A stretch of 64,000 nt of DNA from a virus. Each line of letters begins with the position of its first letter. Position 1 is the stretch's first letter. Location: positions 3,872 to 67,871 of the IMG/VR virus record IMGVR_UViG_3300045918_000145; one strand, 5' to 3'. The translations under genes were made by a program, and so were the position numbers. Shown here piece by piece: positions 29,062-39,225 of the stretch. The notes under the pieces are model-generated. The model made no database searches and had not been told where the DNA came from. It worked only from the letters and a program-made list of their open reading frames with translations.

Positions 29062-32000
29062 ATGTTATCCTTTAACACATTTGATTTAACACATTTGAGA
29101 ATGTCATTAGCTTCATCTATTTGTGAATCTATATCAGCAATTGCTTCAGAGTACAATTTCATAATTGGTTTACCGTTAGCGTCTACTCCTACCTGTATTT
29201 CAATATCACCTATGTTATCAACAGCTGACAAGTTATCTGCTACTTCAACTGGAGCTTCAGTTACTGTTTCAGGTTGAACCTGTGGAGCAACAACCTCATC
29301 AGATGTAGGTGTTACTATTGCTTCTGGTTTTGCGGTAGTCTCAGGAGCTGTTTGAGCTTCTTTGGTATATGTAATTGGTTCCAGACCAATATCCTGTCTA
29401 GCTTTATTTATAAGTTCATATACCTTCTCTATTCCAGTATTTTTAAATGCTGCTTCTGCCTTGGCAATCGCTTCGGTTTGAGTAGTATAATGACCGCCCA
29501 TACGTTTGCCAATAGATGTTTCATATACCGTATAACCAAGCCCATCAGCTTTATGAGCCATGAATTTAAATTCAGATAAGCCATGAAACTCAATAAGTCT
29601 ACCTTTAGTTTCAACTACCTCACCGTCTGTATTTTCATAAGAACCAACAACTAGTCTGCTGTTAGGTTTAAATCCAGCTTTGGTTGATCCATAGTCGCCT
29701 GTTTCTGTTTTACTAGCGGCGGTGACTGTTTCGGTATCTCCTTCAGGTTTGACAGTAGTTTCTGTTTGAATAGGTTTGCTTGTTTCATTTTTGCTTCCTT
29801 CATTAGCTTTATTGGATTTAATCCAAGCTTCTTTATATTTAGTACCTAACTCAGTAATATTATCCAAATAATCCTGATGGTCGTTATTCTTTTTGGCAGC
29901 TTGATAAATATCTCGTATTTCTTTCAAACCTTTTTCAGTTACGTTGCCAGTTTTCAATTCAGCCTGTAATGCAGTTAATCTCTTCTTGCCAGTTTTTTCT
30001 ACTGGCTTTTGTGGAGTGTCAACTACAGGTTTACTTTCCACAACAGGTTTTGTAGCAACTGGACTTGTCACAACAGGAACAGATTCTGTAGGCTTAATAT
30101 TAGAGGCTGTAGGAGCTGTTTGAGCAACAGTGCTAGTACTTGTATTGGTTTTATTGGATAACGTCTTAAATAGACTCTTAGCCAGTTTAACCTCACTATT
30201 TAAAGCAGCAGCCTCCTCCTTGATGTTACCTATTAAAGGATTTGCTCCTAAACCAGATCTTTGATCAATTACGAATGTTTTACCTACTGCTTTTGCTTTG
30301 GCTTGAGCCTCTGCGTAAGCCACTTGATGCTTTGCTGATAATGGAACACCTTTAGTTACATGGTCATATACAGCCTGAACCATTTCAGCTTTTGCAACAT
30401 GAACATCACGAAACTTTTCTAAACCATTCAATTCAGCAGTAGCTTTTGCAGTATTATTAACCTGCGGGTTAAGGAAATGAGTTATACCCTGTATATAAGA
30501 ATCAATACCTTTAAAGTCAGATCCTTTTATACCGTGATAAATGTCATTGCTAACCTCAGCAATAGTTTTACCTGTGGTATTAGATCTAGTAGCTTTTTCT
30601 TCAATGGCTTGACGTATTGCACTGGCTTCTTTCTTATCAGCTAGTAAAGCTTTTACATCTGTGTCTAAGTCAGGTCTTTTGATAAGTTCATCAATGTTAT
30701 CATTAGTTAGTTCATTCTTGTGAGCACTTGACCCAAACGACACGCTTTCAACAATCTGCGATTGTGTCGCGGTCTTTGGGTCAAGTGTCACAGCATCTCT
30801 TTCCTTGTTACGTTTTGCTTGAGCGTTGGCATATATGATGTCAACGAAACCATTCAATTTCTCTACTCTGGCTTCTTGCTCAGGCATCAATTTAGTTAAA
30901 CCATCAAACTCAACTTCCTCAACTTTTGAAAGTGTCTCACCACTCTCAGTTTTACTAGCCAGTTCCTGAAGTCTTGTCATGGTTTCCAGGTATGATTTAC
31001 GCTCGTGTGCTTCTATCTCTGAAGCTTTATTATAAGCATCTGGAGTGTCATACTTAGTAAGGATCTCTGTGGCTTTGATTGGATTATAATTTGGATTAGC
31101 TGGATCAGACATTTCTACATGAGTGTCATCAGTATGCTCTATGGTTGCTATATCCTTTTTGTAATTAGCGTCAGCCTGAGTAACATTCAATTTATTGGCT
31201 GCAACTAGAGATTCCTTTTGAATCTTAGCCATAACCTTACTCTCAGGTGTAGCACTTAAGATATTGCCTACAAATGACTTGGTTTTATCAGCAGCTATTT
31301 TTGTTCCAAAAGCTGCTCTGTCAACAACTGCACCTAAAGGGCCAGAACCAACACCACCAAGTAATTCATTGGCTAGGTTGGTAAATGTAAGTGGTTCACC
31401 TATTGAAGATGTAGCTATTGCTTCTGTTGCTGGTTCACTTAAAGCTTCACCAGTCGCATGACCTGCAAAATGACCTAGTTTAGATTTAAAACTGTGAGCC
31501 GACATTATTGCAGAAGCAACTTTGTTAACTTCGTTTTCAGTATATTTTTCTACAGCTACTCCACTAGCTTTAGCCGCAATTGTTATAGCAGTTTGATCAC
31601 CCGCAGCTACGATGATTCTGGCTTTATTTAAAGCTGCACGAGCAGGAGCACTAAATACTCGACCTAAGCCAGCACCTAATGCAGTATCTGCTGCTGCGAG
31701 AGTAGTTGAATAAGTTAATGCCTTTTCCTGCGCTGATTGAACCCATTCTTTATTCTGAGCCAATAATGCTAGGTTTTGCTTGGTAGGTGGTAATCCTATA
31801 GATTTTAATTTATCTTCGGCCAGTTCCAAGAATTTAGATGATAATGCATCTCCAGATTCAGCCGCAAACATACCAGCACCAGCACCTATGGCAGTACCTA
31901 AACCAGGAACTACACTACCAGCTGCTCCACCTGCTGCAGCTCCAGCAGCTATGCTTGTCATGGATGAAATGGAATCAGCACCCACATTGATTACACCGCC

Positions 32001-32540
32001 TGGATTGGCAACCAATTCAGGTACAGCTGCAACCATTGCTTTAACACCATCCCATGACCAGAAGCCGTTCTTCTCTATTTTCTTTTCAACATCTAATAGA
32101 GTCTTGGCTACTGCTTTATCTTCAGAAGTATAAATACGTCCTTTTTGTTTTTCAAAATACTTACTAGCGTTATTAGCAAAACTCGAACCTACTGAACCAT
32201 CTTGATTTAAAGCATCACCAGTTATAGGTAAACGACTCACTAAGTCTTTATGCGAATCAAGTACCTTTGTGAATAAATTAGATAGATATCCACTATTATC
32301 AGAATCTTCCTGTTTTGCAGCAGCATCTATATTTACTTTATTATATTCACTTTTATAAGCAGTATTAGAAAGAACATTATTAAAGGCTTCCCTAGTAAGT
32401 GCTTTATCTTCAGCAGACGCATTCTGATAAGTTTTATCATTACCATACATTCTATTAAAGCTAAGATTAGCTATTGCCTGTTGCGTATCCGCATCAGCAC
32501 TATGCCATTCAGGGGTATCTGAAACTATAACATCAGCCAT
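29058..32540 (-). CDS. Virion RNA polymerase N-terminal (ejection) part as a separate protein
   Basis: Occupies the gp50 position right after gp51; Gly/Ala-rich hydrophobic segments; no polymerase motifs. Confidence 0.65.
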   Translation of the reverse strand: MADVIVSDTPEWHSADADTQQAIANLSFNRMYGNDKTYQNASAEDKALTREAFNNVLSNTAYKSEYNKVNIDAAAKQEDSDNSGYLSNLFTKVLDSHKDLVSRLPITGDALNQDGSVGSSFANNASKYFEKQKGRIYTSEDKAVAKTLLDVEKKIEKNGFWSWDGVKAMVAAVPELVANPGGVINVGADSISSMTSIAAGAAAGGAAGSVVPGLGTAIGAGAGMFAAESGDALSSKFLELAEDKLKSIGLPPTKQNLALLAQNKEWVQSAQEKALTYSTTLAAADTALGAGLGRVFSAPARAALNKARIIVAAGDQTAITIAAKASGVAVEKYTENEVNKVASAIMSAHSFKSKLGHFAGHATGEALSEPATEAIATSSIGEPLTFTNLANELLGGVGSGPLGAVVDRAAFGTKIAADKTKSFVGNILSATPESKVMAKIQKESLVAANKLNVTQADANYKKDIATIEHTDDTHVEMSDPANPNYNPIKATEILTKYDTPDAYNKASEIEAHERKSYLETMTRLQELASKTESGETLSKVEEVEFDGLTKLMPEQEARVEKLNGFVDIIYANAQAKRNKERDAVTLDPKTATQSQIVESVSFGSSAHKNELTNDNIDELIKRPDLDTDVKALLADKKEASAIRQAIEEKATRSNTTGKTIAEVSNDIYHGIKGSDFKGIDSYIQGITHFLNPQVNNTAKATAELNGLEKFRDVHVAKAEMVQAVYDHVTKGVPLSAKHQVAYAEAQAKAKAVGKTFVIDQRSGLGANPLIGNIKEEAAALNSEVKLAKSLFKTLSNKTNTSTSTVAQTAPTASNIKPTESVPVVTSPVATKPVVESKPVVDTPQKPVEKTGKKRLTALQAELKTGNVTEKGLKEIRDIYQAAKKNNDHQDYLDNITELGTKYKEAWIKSNKANEGSKNETSKPIQTETTVKPEGDTETVTAASKTETGDYGSTKAGFKPNSRLVVGSYENTDGEVVETKGRLIEFHGLSEFKFMAHKADGLGYTVYETSIGKRMGGHYTTQTEAIAKAEAAFKNTGIEKVYELINKARQDIGLEPITYTKEAQTAPETTAKPEAIVTPTSDEVVAPQVQPETVTEAPVEVADNLSAVDNIGDIEIQVGVDANGKPIMKLYSEAIADIDSQIDEANDILKCVKSNVLKDNI
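29071..29098. repeat. 14-bp tandem duplication at the 3' end of the vRNAP N-terminal gene
   Basis: TTTAACACATTTGA x2. Confidence 0.9.
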
Positions 32541-34780
32541 TAGTTATTCCTTTTAACTTTACGCTTGCTGAGATTTATAGCTACTGCGTCAACACCATCT
32601 CTAAGAGCTTCATATATAACTTTATTTCCTGCGTCATCGTTTCCAACATTTCCTGGGTTATTTGTTTTTTGTCCTAAACCAGCTGTGCCAAGACTTGAAT
32701 CTGCTTTCATAACAGATAGAATCATTCTTGGAGATACATCATATTTTTTAGCAGAAGCCATAACCATTTTACCAGTGATATCACTCTTAGGAGCAACTCT
32801 TTTAATATAGTTATCAACATCTACATCTGTTTTTACGTCAGGAGTTGCATTATAAATGTTGCTAACTCTATTAACATGACCTTCTTTAGTAGCGTAATTT
32901 TTTATGTTATATCCACCAACTATACCTCTTTTAGCGTCTGTAACATTTCTTACTAGATCACCTTCGTTAGTAGAAGCTTCGGCTGTAGATGCACCACCAC
33001 GCAGTTTTTCAATCATTTTTACGTCATTATCTGCACCTACAAATTTACTTACAGTTTTTTGAGGATCTTTTACAAAATCAACAACTCCTGACAGAAAGTT
33101 TCTTACAGGAGATTTACCGGTAATAACATTATTTATTACAGCTTCTGTTTTATCATCAGTACGCATTTCATTTACTGGTTTACTGGACTTATTACCGGCA
33201 GCACGATTAGGAGTAGTTGCTGATGCATCAGGATTAGGAGAAGCTGGTACAACAGTAGTTGTACCACCACTACCACGTAAATCTTTAATTCTCTTTGCCT
33301 CTGCTGATACCTCTGCTGTAGTAAATGGAAGAGTAGGTTTAGCAACTTCAGTCGGTTCTTTAGGATTCGCAGTTTCACCAGCAGTTTTATTACCGAAACC
33401 CATAGCCTTTTTAAACTGAGCATAAGTTGTATCAATACTTTCTGATGTCAAAGGATCAATTACCGATCTACCTCTACTCAACTGCTCATCCCTACCAGCA
33501 GCAAACATGTTCTTTCTTAGCGTTACACCATCTTGTAACGCTTTGGCTTCAACCTCAGATACATTAATATCTGCAGCAGTTGCTGCTTTAGTAAGAGCTA
33601 CTTTATTTTTATAATTTTCAGTAAGTTCAGCAACTCTTTTATTAATTTTATCGAAACCAATCTGATTTAAATCGTTACCAAAGAAACCACCACCATCGTA
33701 AGCTTCTTGAAATGATTGTAGTAGTATTGCATCAGCTTCTCCCGGAGGAACCATTTTACCTAAACTTTCACGAATTGTTCTTAACTTGCCAGATTCACTA
33801 AATGTACCTGCCCATTTTTCAATAGGATTATTAACAATATTGCCAAGTTGATTTACAATGGATTGACTGAGGTTGCCTTTAGCATCCATCAAACCACCAG
33901 AAGACTCTACGGCTTTAAGATACTTATCCTGTACCCCGTTACTTAAAACTAATTTTAATTGATCTTTTAGAACTATAGATTTATTTTTTGCATCATTGAC
34001 TCTACGAGTACCTTCTATAGCATAAGCATCATTGTAATCCTTCATTACTGTAGTTTGATATTGAGTGAGAGTACCTGCTTTCTCTAGTTCAGCACGTAAA
34101 GCTTCACGAGCTTTTGGTTTTTCACTCTCTGGTAGATCAAGTATGGACGCTTCAATAGCCAACATACCTGCGTCATGTCCACCAGATTTTTTAGTCTTAG
34201 GATCAATCTCAGCAGCTGCATTTAAAACATGATTAACTCGTGACTCATGTTCTTGAAGTTTAGCCGTATTTATGTTCTGAACCTCAGTGGCTTTCTTTGC
34301 TATATATCCTGGCAGCTGCTCATCAGCGAACCCGTTAGTAGCACCCTCACCTATAAGAGTGTTCTTAAAGGCTGAAGCTGCTTTGAGAGGGTCACGACCA
34401 CCTTCTGTTGTTAAGAAACCATCAGCATTACGAGTGGCTAATTCTACAGCCTTCTTTTTAAGAATATCTGTTTGATCAGTTATGGTTTTACTAACTGTAC
34501 CCATATCAATCATATTACCAAATTTCTGTTTGATAATATCCTGGTCTTCAGGTGTTGTTAACGCGGCATTCAAACCACCGGCTTGTAACTTATCCTTTAG
34601 GTAATTTTGAACATTATTAGTATTTTCCTGCTGATACTGAGCTTCTTGGTTTGTCATCAAACCTTTGATGCTACTAAGTATATCAGTCATATTAGACTTT
34701 TGGGCGTTTATACCAGCTTGCATTCCCGCAGAGGGATCAGAAACTGTAGCACCATATTTTTGATATTGCGGTTCTGACAT
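32540..34780 (-). CDS. Ejection protein with C-terminal lysozyme-like domain (N4 gp51-like)
   Basis: Synteny; AKKYDVSPRMILSVMKADSSLGT...NNPGNVG. Confidence 0.65.
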   Translation of the reverse strand: MSEPQYQKYGATVSDPSAGMQAGINAQKSNMTDILSSIKGLMTNQEAQYQQENTNNVQNYLKDKLQAGGLNAALTTPEDQDIIKQKFGNMIDMGTVSKTITDQTDILKKKAVELATRNADGFLTTEGGRDPLKAASAFKNTLIGEGATNGFADEQLPGYIAKKATEVQNINTAKLQEHESRVNHVLNAAAEIDPKTKKSGGHDAGMLAIEASILDLPESEKPKAREALRAELEKAGTLTQYQTTVMKDYNDAYAIEGTRRVNDAKNKSIVLKDQLKLVLSNGVQDKYLKAVESSGGLMDAKGNLSQSIVNQLGNIVNNPIEKWAGTFSESGKLRTIRESLGKMVPPGEADAILLQSFQEAYDGGGFFGNDLNQIGFDKINKRVAELTENYKNKVALTKAATAADINVSEVEAKALQDGVTLRKNMFAAGRDEQLSRGRSVIDPLTSESIDTTYAQFKKAMGFGNKTAGETANPKEPTEVAKPTLPFTTAEVSAEAKRIKDLRGSGGTTTVVPASPNPDASATTPNRAAGNKSSKPVNEMRTDDKTEAVINNVITGKSPVRNFLSGVVDFVKDPQKTVSKFVGADNDVKMIEKLRGGASTAEASTNEGDLVRNVTDAKRGIVGGYNIKNYATKEGHVNRVSNIYNATPDVKTDVDVDNYIKRVAPKSDITGKMVMASAKKYDVSPRMILSVMKADSSLGTAGLGQKTNNPGNVGNDDAGNKVIYEALRDGVDAVAINLSKRKVKRNN

Positions 34781-34792
34781 AACTGCCCCTTG

Positions 34793-35314
34793 TTAGAATG
34801 AGTTTTTAACGCCCCAGTTTTTCATATAGTCAGCACGTCCTGCATCATTCGCTGTAGTACCATACATGATACCTTTAGACGCTTCTAGCCTACGACCTTC
34901 ACGCTCACTGTTTCTTCGATTTAAATCATCAGCAGAGTTCATAAAGTCTGTTTTCTGTAAAGCCATCTGATTGCCATAATAACCACGCATAAAGTCATTT
35001 TGCTTCTCTTGGTTAATAGCACTATATACGCCTAGACCTACCTGAGCAGCTCCTAGAGCCATTCCACCTTTACCCTTCATATCAAACCAACCACCTTGAG
35101 CTTCAGGCGACCCTGGCGTGGCAGCTCCGGTTATGTGATTAACGCCATCCGTATTTACACCGTACTGATTAACACCCTTCCACCAATCTCCCATACTAAC
35201 ATCGGATAGTGGTATATTTTGTAGCGGAACACCGTTTAAGGCTGCTTGCGCTCCACCTTGCGGTAAAAATCCTAAACCCATATTAGTTTTTTTAGGATCA
35301 AAAAGATTAGTCAT
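34793..35314 (-). CDS. Small ejection/structural protein (N4 gp52-like)
   Basis: GGMALGAAQVGLGVY hydrophobic helix followed by a coiled coil; synteny. Confidence 0.65.
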   Translation of the reverse strand: MTNLFDPKKTNMGLGFLPQGGAQAALNGVPLQNIPLSDVSMGDWWKGVNQYGVNTDGVNHITGAATPGSPEAQGGWFDMKGKGGMALGAAQVGLGVYSAINQEKQNDFMRGYYGNQMALQKTDFMNSADDLNRRNSEREGRRLEASKGIMYGTTANDAGRADYMKNWGVKNSF

Positions 35315-35323
35315 ATTATCCTC

Positions 35324-37483
35324 CTACACTCTAAAGTTTGAACCATACATATCTTCTGTTACCAAACGTGGTAACTTTAATCTATTGCTGAAATAATTTG
35401 GAATCTCTTCATGTAGTATATACATGGTATTTTCAACTAATCCAAGAGTTCTTTGTATGAACGCATCAGGAGTCTCGCCAAGTACCATTCTAAATTTAAC
35501 TGGTTTTACATATGACAAAGGATCTACGTCATAAGCATTCTCAAGTAGATCTTGTTTGGCTTTCAATTCTTCTCTAGCTTTATCTGCTACTGTAGTAAAC
35601 GCTTCATATTCATTTGCTATATCTTTTGCTTCTGCAATAAGAAATTCATTGGCAGCTGATATTAAAGCCATGCCCATCTGTAAAGCGGTCTGAGCTGAAC
35701 TCAACAGATACGTCTTCATGATGTCTGCAAGTACTCCGTACTGCTGACTTATCACAGCTATGGCAGTTAAAAGGATTGCTCCTATAACTCCCCATTGAGC
35801 ACCGTATTTAACCACAATCCATTTAGCTGCATAACCCATAGCCATACTTACTAAGACTGGTACTAGAATCATCATGGCTGCTGCAGCATATGCACCAGCC
35901 ACAATATTGGCACATAACGTAGCCCACCAGGCTGTCATTGTTCCCCATGACGCTATCGTTACAATAACCAATATTATAACCATAACAATAATAACTACAA
36001 ATTTAAACCAACCTTCCTCGTACCATTCAACTTTAGTTTCAACAACGCTGTTTATGACCATCAGTGTGCCATCTGTATATAAGGCATTACGACTGATTGT
36101 AGACATAGAATTAGCAATGCTATACTGAATGGGTATTATAAGATTATGGTTTTTAGAATCAGTTTTGACTGATCTGATACCAGTCGCAATAGCTTTGTCA
36201 CCATATATATAATTAGTCAAAACAAGATTACTAACAGTTATACGTCTAATTAACGTTTTGCTTATCTTGGTGTCTAAAACCAACTTGTCAACTAAACCAA
36301 GTTGTATGGATTTAGTTGTAGTTCCCATCTTTGCTACATCTAACATGCCTTCCAAGATTTCAGATGTAACACTATCATAAGATAACTTTAGATTTAAACC
36401 ATACTCTAAAAAGTCAATTCCTGCTGAGGCAGATATCTTATAGTTTGAGTAAGCATTTAACTCATGTACTCGATTAAAGAATAAATTTAAATACTGTAAA
36501 CTTTCTGATTGAACTGTCTGTAGATCAACACCAAACATAACGTAAGCATGATCAATATCGCCCACACTAGGATTATTGTTTATTTGTGTGCCTAAATACT
36601 CAAACGGCATACGTAATATATTGAGCAGTCTTTTACTAGTTTTATATAAAGACGTATCCTTTAAAGACACGTCAGTTAGATCAACATTATTATATCTAAT
36701 AGGAATTACAGGAAGAAAAGTATCTTCTTTAAACTTAGTAGTTGGTTCTGTTAACTCTGGATATAGACCAGTTGTTAAGTTGCAAAACCAAGTATATTTA
36801 GTTGGTAAGACTAAACCATCTTTGTCATATTTTTGATATATGGCGTAAAAGCAAAGAGTATCTGCTGGTAATATAAATGTATTTTCTAACAGTACTGATT
36901 CAGAGTGAGTTGATATATCTAAAACCCAATCAATAACTGTATCAACAATAAAACCATCTGTGTCATATATTGAAGTGTAGGTTTTAACATACACATCGTA
37001 TGCAATTAATCCATATAAATCATCAACATTTAAAGTAATTGAATTTAGCATCACCTTGTATACTTCGGTGTCTGTGTAACCAGGATAGTTTAAAACTATA
37101 TTGTTTGAAGAAGAGTACTGACGTGTAAGAGTTAAAAAACGAATTACTCTAAGTTTGTTAGAATACTCCTCGTATCCTGACTCTAAACAAACAACACCCT
37201 TAGAATAACCAATATTTATTTTTATAAGGTTGGCTAACTCTACATCAGTTAGTATGTTTGGTTGAGTGGTTTTACCTGTAGGAAGTTTTAAATCATAATC
37301 TTTTTTGGCATAGTTATAACCATTGTTCATAGGTATACTTATACCACTGACAATGCTTTTAAGAATGTTACTGGTTATACTTTCATCACCTATAATAGAC
37401 GCATATACACTGCTACCTAAAGGATTCTTAGGTGCTATAGCTAAATGCATAGCAGATGTATATACGTCTATCTTAGTGCTCAT
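35324..37483 (-). CDS. Tail structural protein (N4 gp53-like)
   Basis: FLPVIPIR, IDHAYVMFGV, KVEWYEEGWF followed by hydrophobic helices. Confidence 0.75.
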   Translation of the reverse strand: MSTKIDVYTSAMHLAIAPKNPLGSSVYASIIGDESITSNILKSIVSGISIPMNNGYNYAKKDYDLKLPTGKTTQPNILTDVELANLIKINIGYSKGVVCLESGYEEYSNKLRVIRFLTLTRQYSSSNNIVLNYPGYTDTEVYKVMLNSITLNVDDLYGLIAYDVYVKTYTSIYDTDGFIVDTVIDWVLDISTHSESVLLENTFILPADTLCFYAIYQKYDKDGLVLPTKYTWFCNLTTGLYPELTEPTTKFKEDTFLPVIPIRYNNVDLTDVSLKDTSLYKTSKRLLNILRMPFEYLGTQINNNPSVGDIDHAYVMFGVDLQTVQSESLQYLNLFFNRVHELNAYSNYKISASAGIDFLEYGLNLKLSYDSVTSEILEGMLDVAKMGTTTKSIQLGLVDKLVLDTKISKTLIRRITVSNLVLTNYIYGDKAIATGIRSVKTDSKNHNLIIPIQYSIANSMSTISRNALYTDGTLMVINSVVETKVEWYEEGWFKFVVIIVMVIILVIVTIASWGTMTAWWATLCANIVAGAYAAAAMMILVPVLVSMAMGYAAKWIVVKYGAQWGVIGAILLTAIAVISQQYGVLADIMKTYLLSSAQTALQMGMALISAANEFLIAEAKDIANEYEAFTTVADKAREELKAKQDLLENAYDVDPLSYVKPVKFRMVLGETPDAFIQRTLGLVENTMYILHEEIPNYFSNRLKLPRLVTEDMYGSNFRV

Positions 37484-37491
37484 TTAGTACC

Positions 37492-38055
37492 TTATGAAGG
37501 TGTAGGTGTTGCTGGAGATATCTTTGCACCTTCACGAACTTTATTTAGTACAAGTTTTATTTCTGCTTCATTTAATCCAGCAGGTACTGTACCCGCGCTA
37601 CCAGCGTCAGTACTAGCACGAACTGACCAGGTATCAACCATAATCTTAGCTAGTTTCTGCTCAGCATCTCTATCAAATCCGTCAGTCTGCTTAGCAAATA
37701 GAGCACATTGTCTACCAACTACACCAACAGAATTCAAAGGTGTTATTTTATCAAATATGGTTCTTTCAGCAGCAGTTGAATTGATGCCAATAGTTGTCGG
37801 AATAACATTACTTGTCTGAGCCAATTCAGTAGCAGTTTTCTGAGCCAGTAATGCATTCTCAGCTAGTGTCTTAGAACTAGCATCAGCCATTGCAGCATCT
37901 CTATTTTTCATCTGATTAATGGCATCAGCAATAGAGACACGCAATTGATCTATCTGAGCACGAGCTTTACCTAGTACAGGAATCCTGCCTTTAGGTGCTA
38001 TATAGACCTCTGTGGAGGAGTAACTATTGGATGTAAGGATAGGTTCTAAAGCCAT
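37492..38055 (-). CDS. N4 gp54-like protein, C-terminal half
   Basis: GVVGRQCALFAKQTDGFDRDAEQKLAKIMVDTW. Confidence 0.65.
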   Translation of the reverse strand: MALEPILTSNSYSSTEVYIAPKGRIPVLGKARAQIDQLRVSIADAINQMKNRDAAMADASSKTLAENALLAQKTATELAQTSNVIPTTIGINSTAAERTIFDKITPLNSVGVVGRQCALFAKQTDGFDRDAEQKLAKIMVDTWSVRASTDAGSAGTVPAGLNEAEIKLVLNKVREGAKISPATPTPS

Positions 38056-38522
38056 GCCGCTGCTCCTTCTAACGAGACTAAAGGATCAATAGGTGTTGTT
38101 ACATCAGGCACGTAATTGAATCCTAAACCTTCAGGAATACTATCGCACGTATTAGATAATTCAGTTACTGTCTGCTGGCGTACTAAACCAATCTGAGCAT
38201 TAAGCAGATTAACCTGTTGTGCGTTCATAAGAAATTGTACAGAGGTTTGGAGCACTGCTGTCAGTGCTCCTAGATAAACCGTAGTGTATTCTTTACCTGT
38301 TATTCTCTGTGCATCATATTCTTGTTGAAGATGTAATTTGGTTGTTCGCATTAAAGCATCAAACACACCAATACCATCAAGAGCTTCAGTAGTTAAACTA
38401 GATAAGGGCATACCAAAACTAGGCTTAGGATCGACTAAACCACCTTCAGCATTTGTCAGCTCTTTGGTTGTTTTATCCCAACCAGCTGGATTCATATCTA
38501 ATGGTTGTAATCCTAACGTCAT
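38046..38522 (-). CDS. N4 gp54-like protein, N-terminal half
   Basis: GIGVFDALM...HLQQEYDAQRITGKEY. Confidence 0.7.
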   Translation of the reverse strand: MTLGLQPLDMNPAGWDKTTKELTNAEGGLVDPKPSFGMPLSSLTTEALDGIGVFDALMRTTKLHLQQEYDAQRITGKEYTTVYLGALTAVLQTSVQFLMNAQQVNLLNAQIGLVRQQTVTELSNTCDSIPEGLGFNYVPDVTTPIDPLVSLEGAAAWL

Positions 38523-38533
38523 GATATACCCCT

Positions 38534-39133
38534 TTATTTATTTGTAATCAACTGACGCTGAGCCAGGTCTTTTAACTCTTCTGCTGACAGTGGATCGAGT
38601 ATTTCAATTGAGTACTCAGGAATGAGTTTGGTTTTGGTAACAATCTTGTTGCCCACTTTTGTATCATAGTGAGAAACAAACTGTTTATTACGCAATTCCT
38701 GAAGTATAAGATTTGGTACGTGCCAACCCTGCTCTGCATTGAATGGTACAAACTTTTTGATCATACCTATCTCAGAATTACCAACAGAGACAATTTCACC
38801 CTTCATGTTAGCTTTAACCGGATTCATACAGGCTACTCTGATACGAACCAGTTTAAGGCATTCCTGCTTACGCTGAGCTTTAAGTTGAGCTGGTGTTTCT
38901 CTCATCAATGGTACGGATGTTTCTAAAGCCATGACTTCATTATTTGTTACAATTGTATCTGCTTCTTCATCATCGTAACTATCTTCACCATCCATCTTCG
39001 CATTTACCTTTGCTTTCAAAGCTTCCAGTTTAATGTTTGGATGATACTTTACACCCATGATATCTGCGCGTTCTTTAAGCATTGCGAGTTCATCAATAAC
39101 TACAACTTCTTCTGTCTCGGTTACTTCACTCAT
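38534..39133 (-). CDS. N4 gp55-like protein
   Basis: LKERADIMGVKYHPNI, LVRIRVACMNP, GWHVPN. Confidence 0.8.
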   Translation of the reverse strand: MSEVTETEEVVVIDELAMLKERADIMGVKYHPNIKLEALKAKVNAKMDGEDSYDDEEADTIVTNNEVMALETSVPLMRETPAQLKAQRKQECLKLVRIRVACMNPVKANMKGEIVSVGNSEIGMIKKFVPFNAEQGWHVPNLILQELRNKQFVSHYDTKVGNKIVTKTKLIPEYSIEILDPLSAEELKDLAQRQLITNK

Positions 39134-39179
39134 TTTAAGTCTCCTTGTCCGTATTTGTGTCGGACGACTGTTGAATAGA

Positions 39180-39203
39180 GGGTAGCCCCGTTAGAGGCTA
39201 CCC
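39180..39203 (-). terminator. Hairpin after the major capsid gene (partial terminator)
   Basis: GGGTAGCC...GGCTACCC; weak U-tract. Confidence 0.5.
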
Positions 39204-39225
39204 CATGTTAACCTATAGGTTAATA

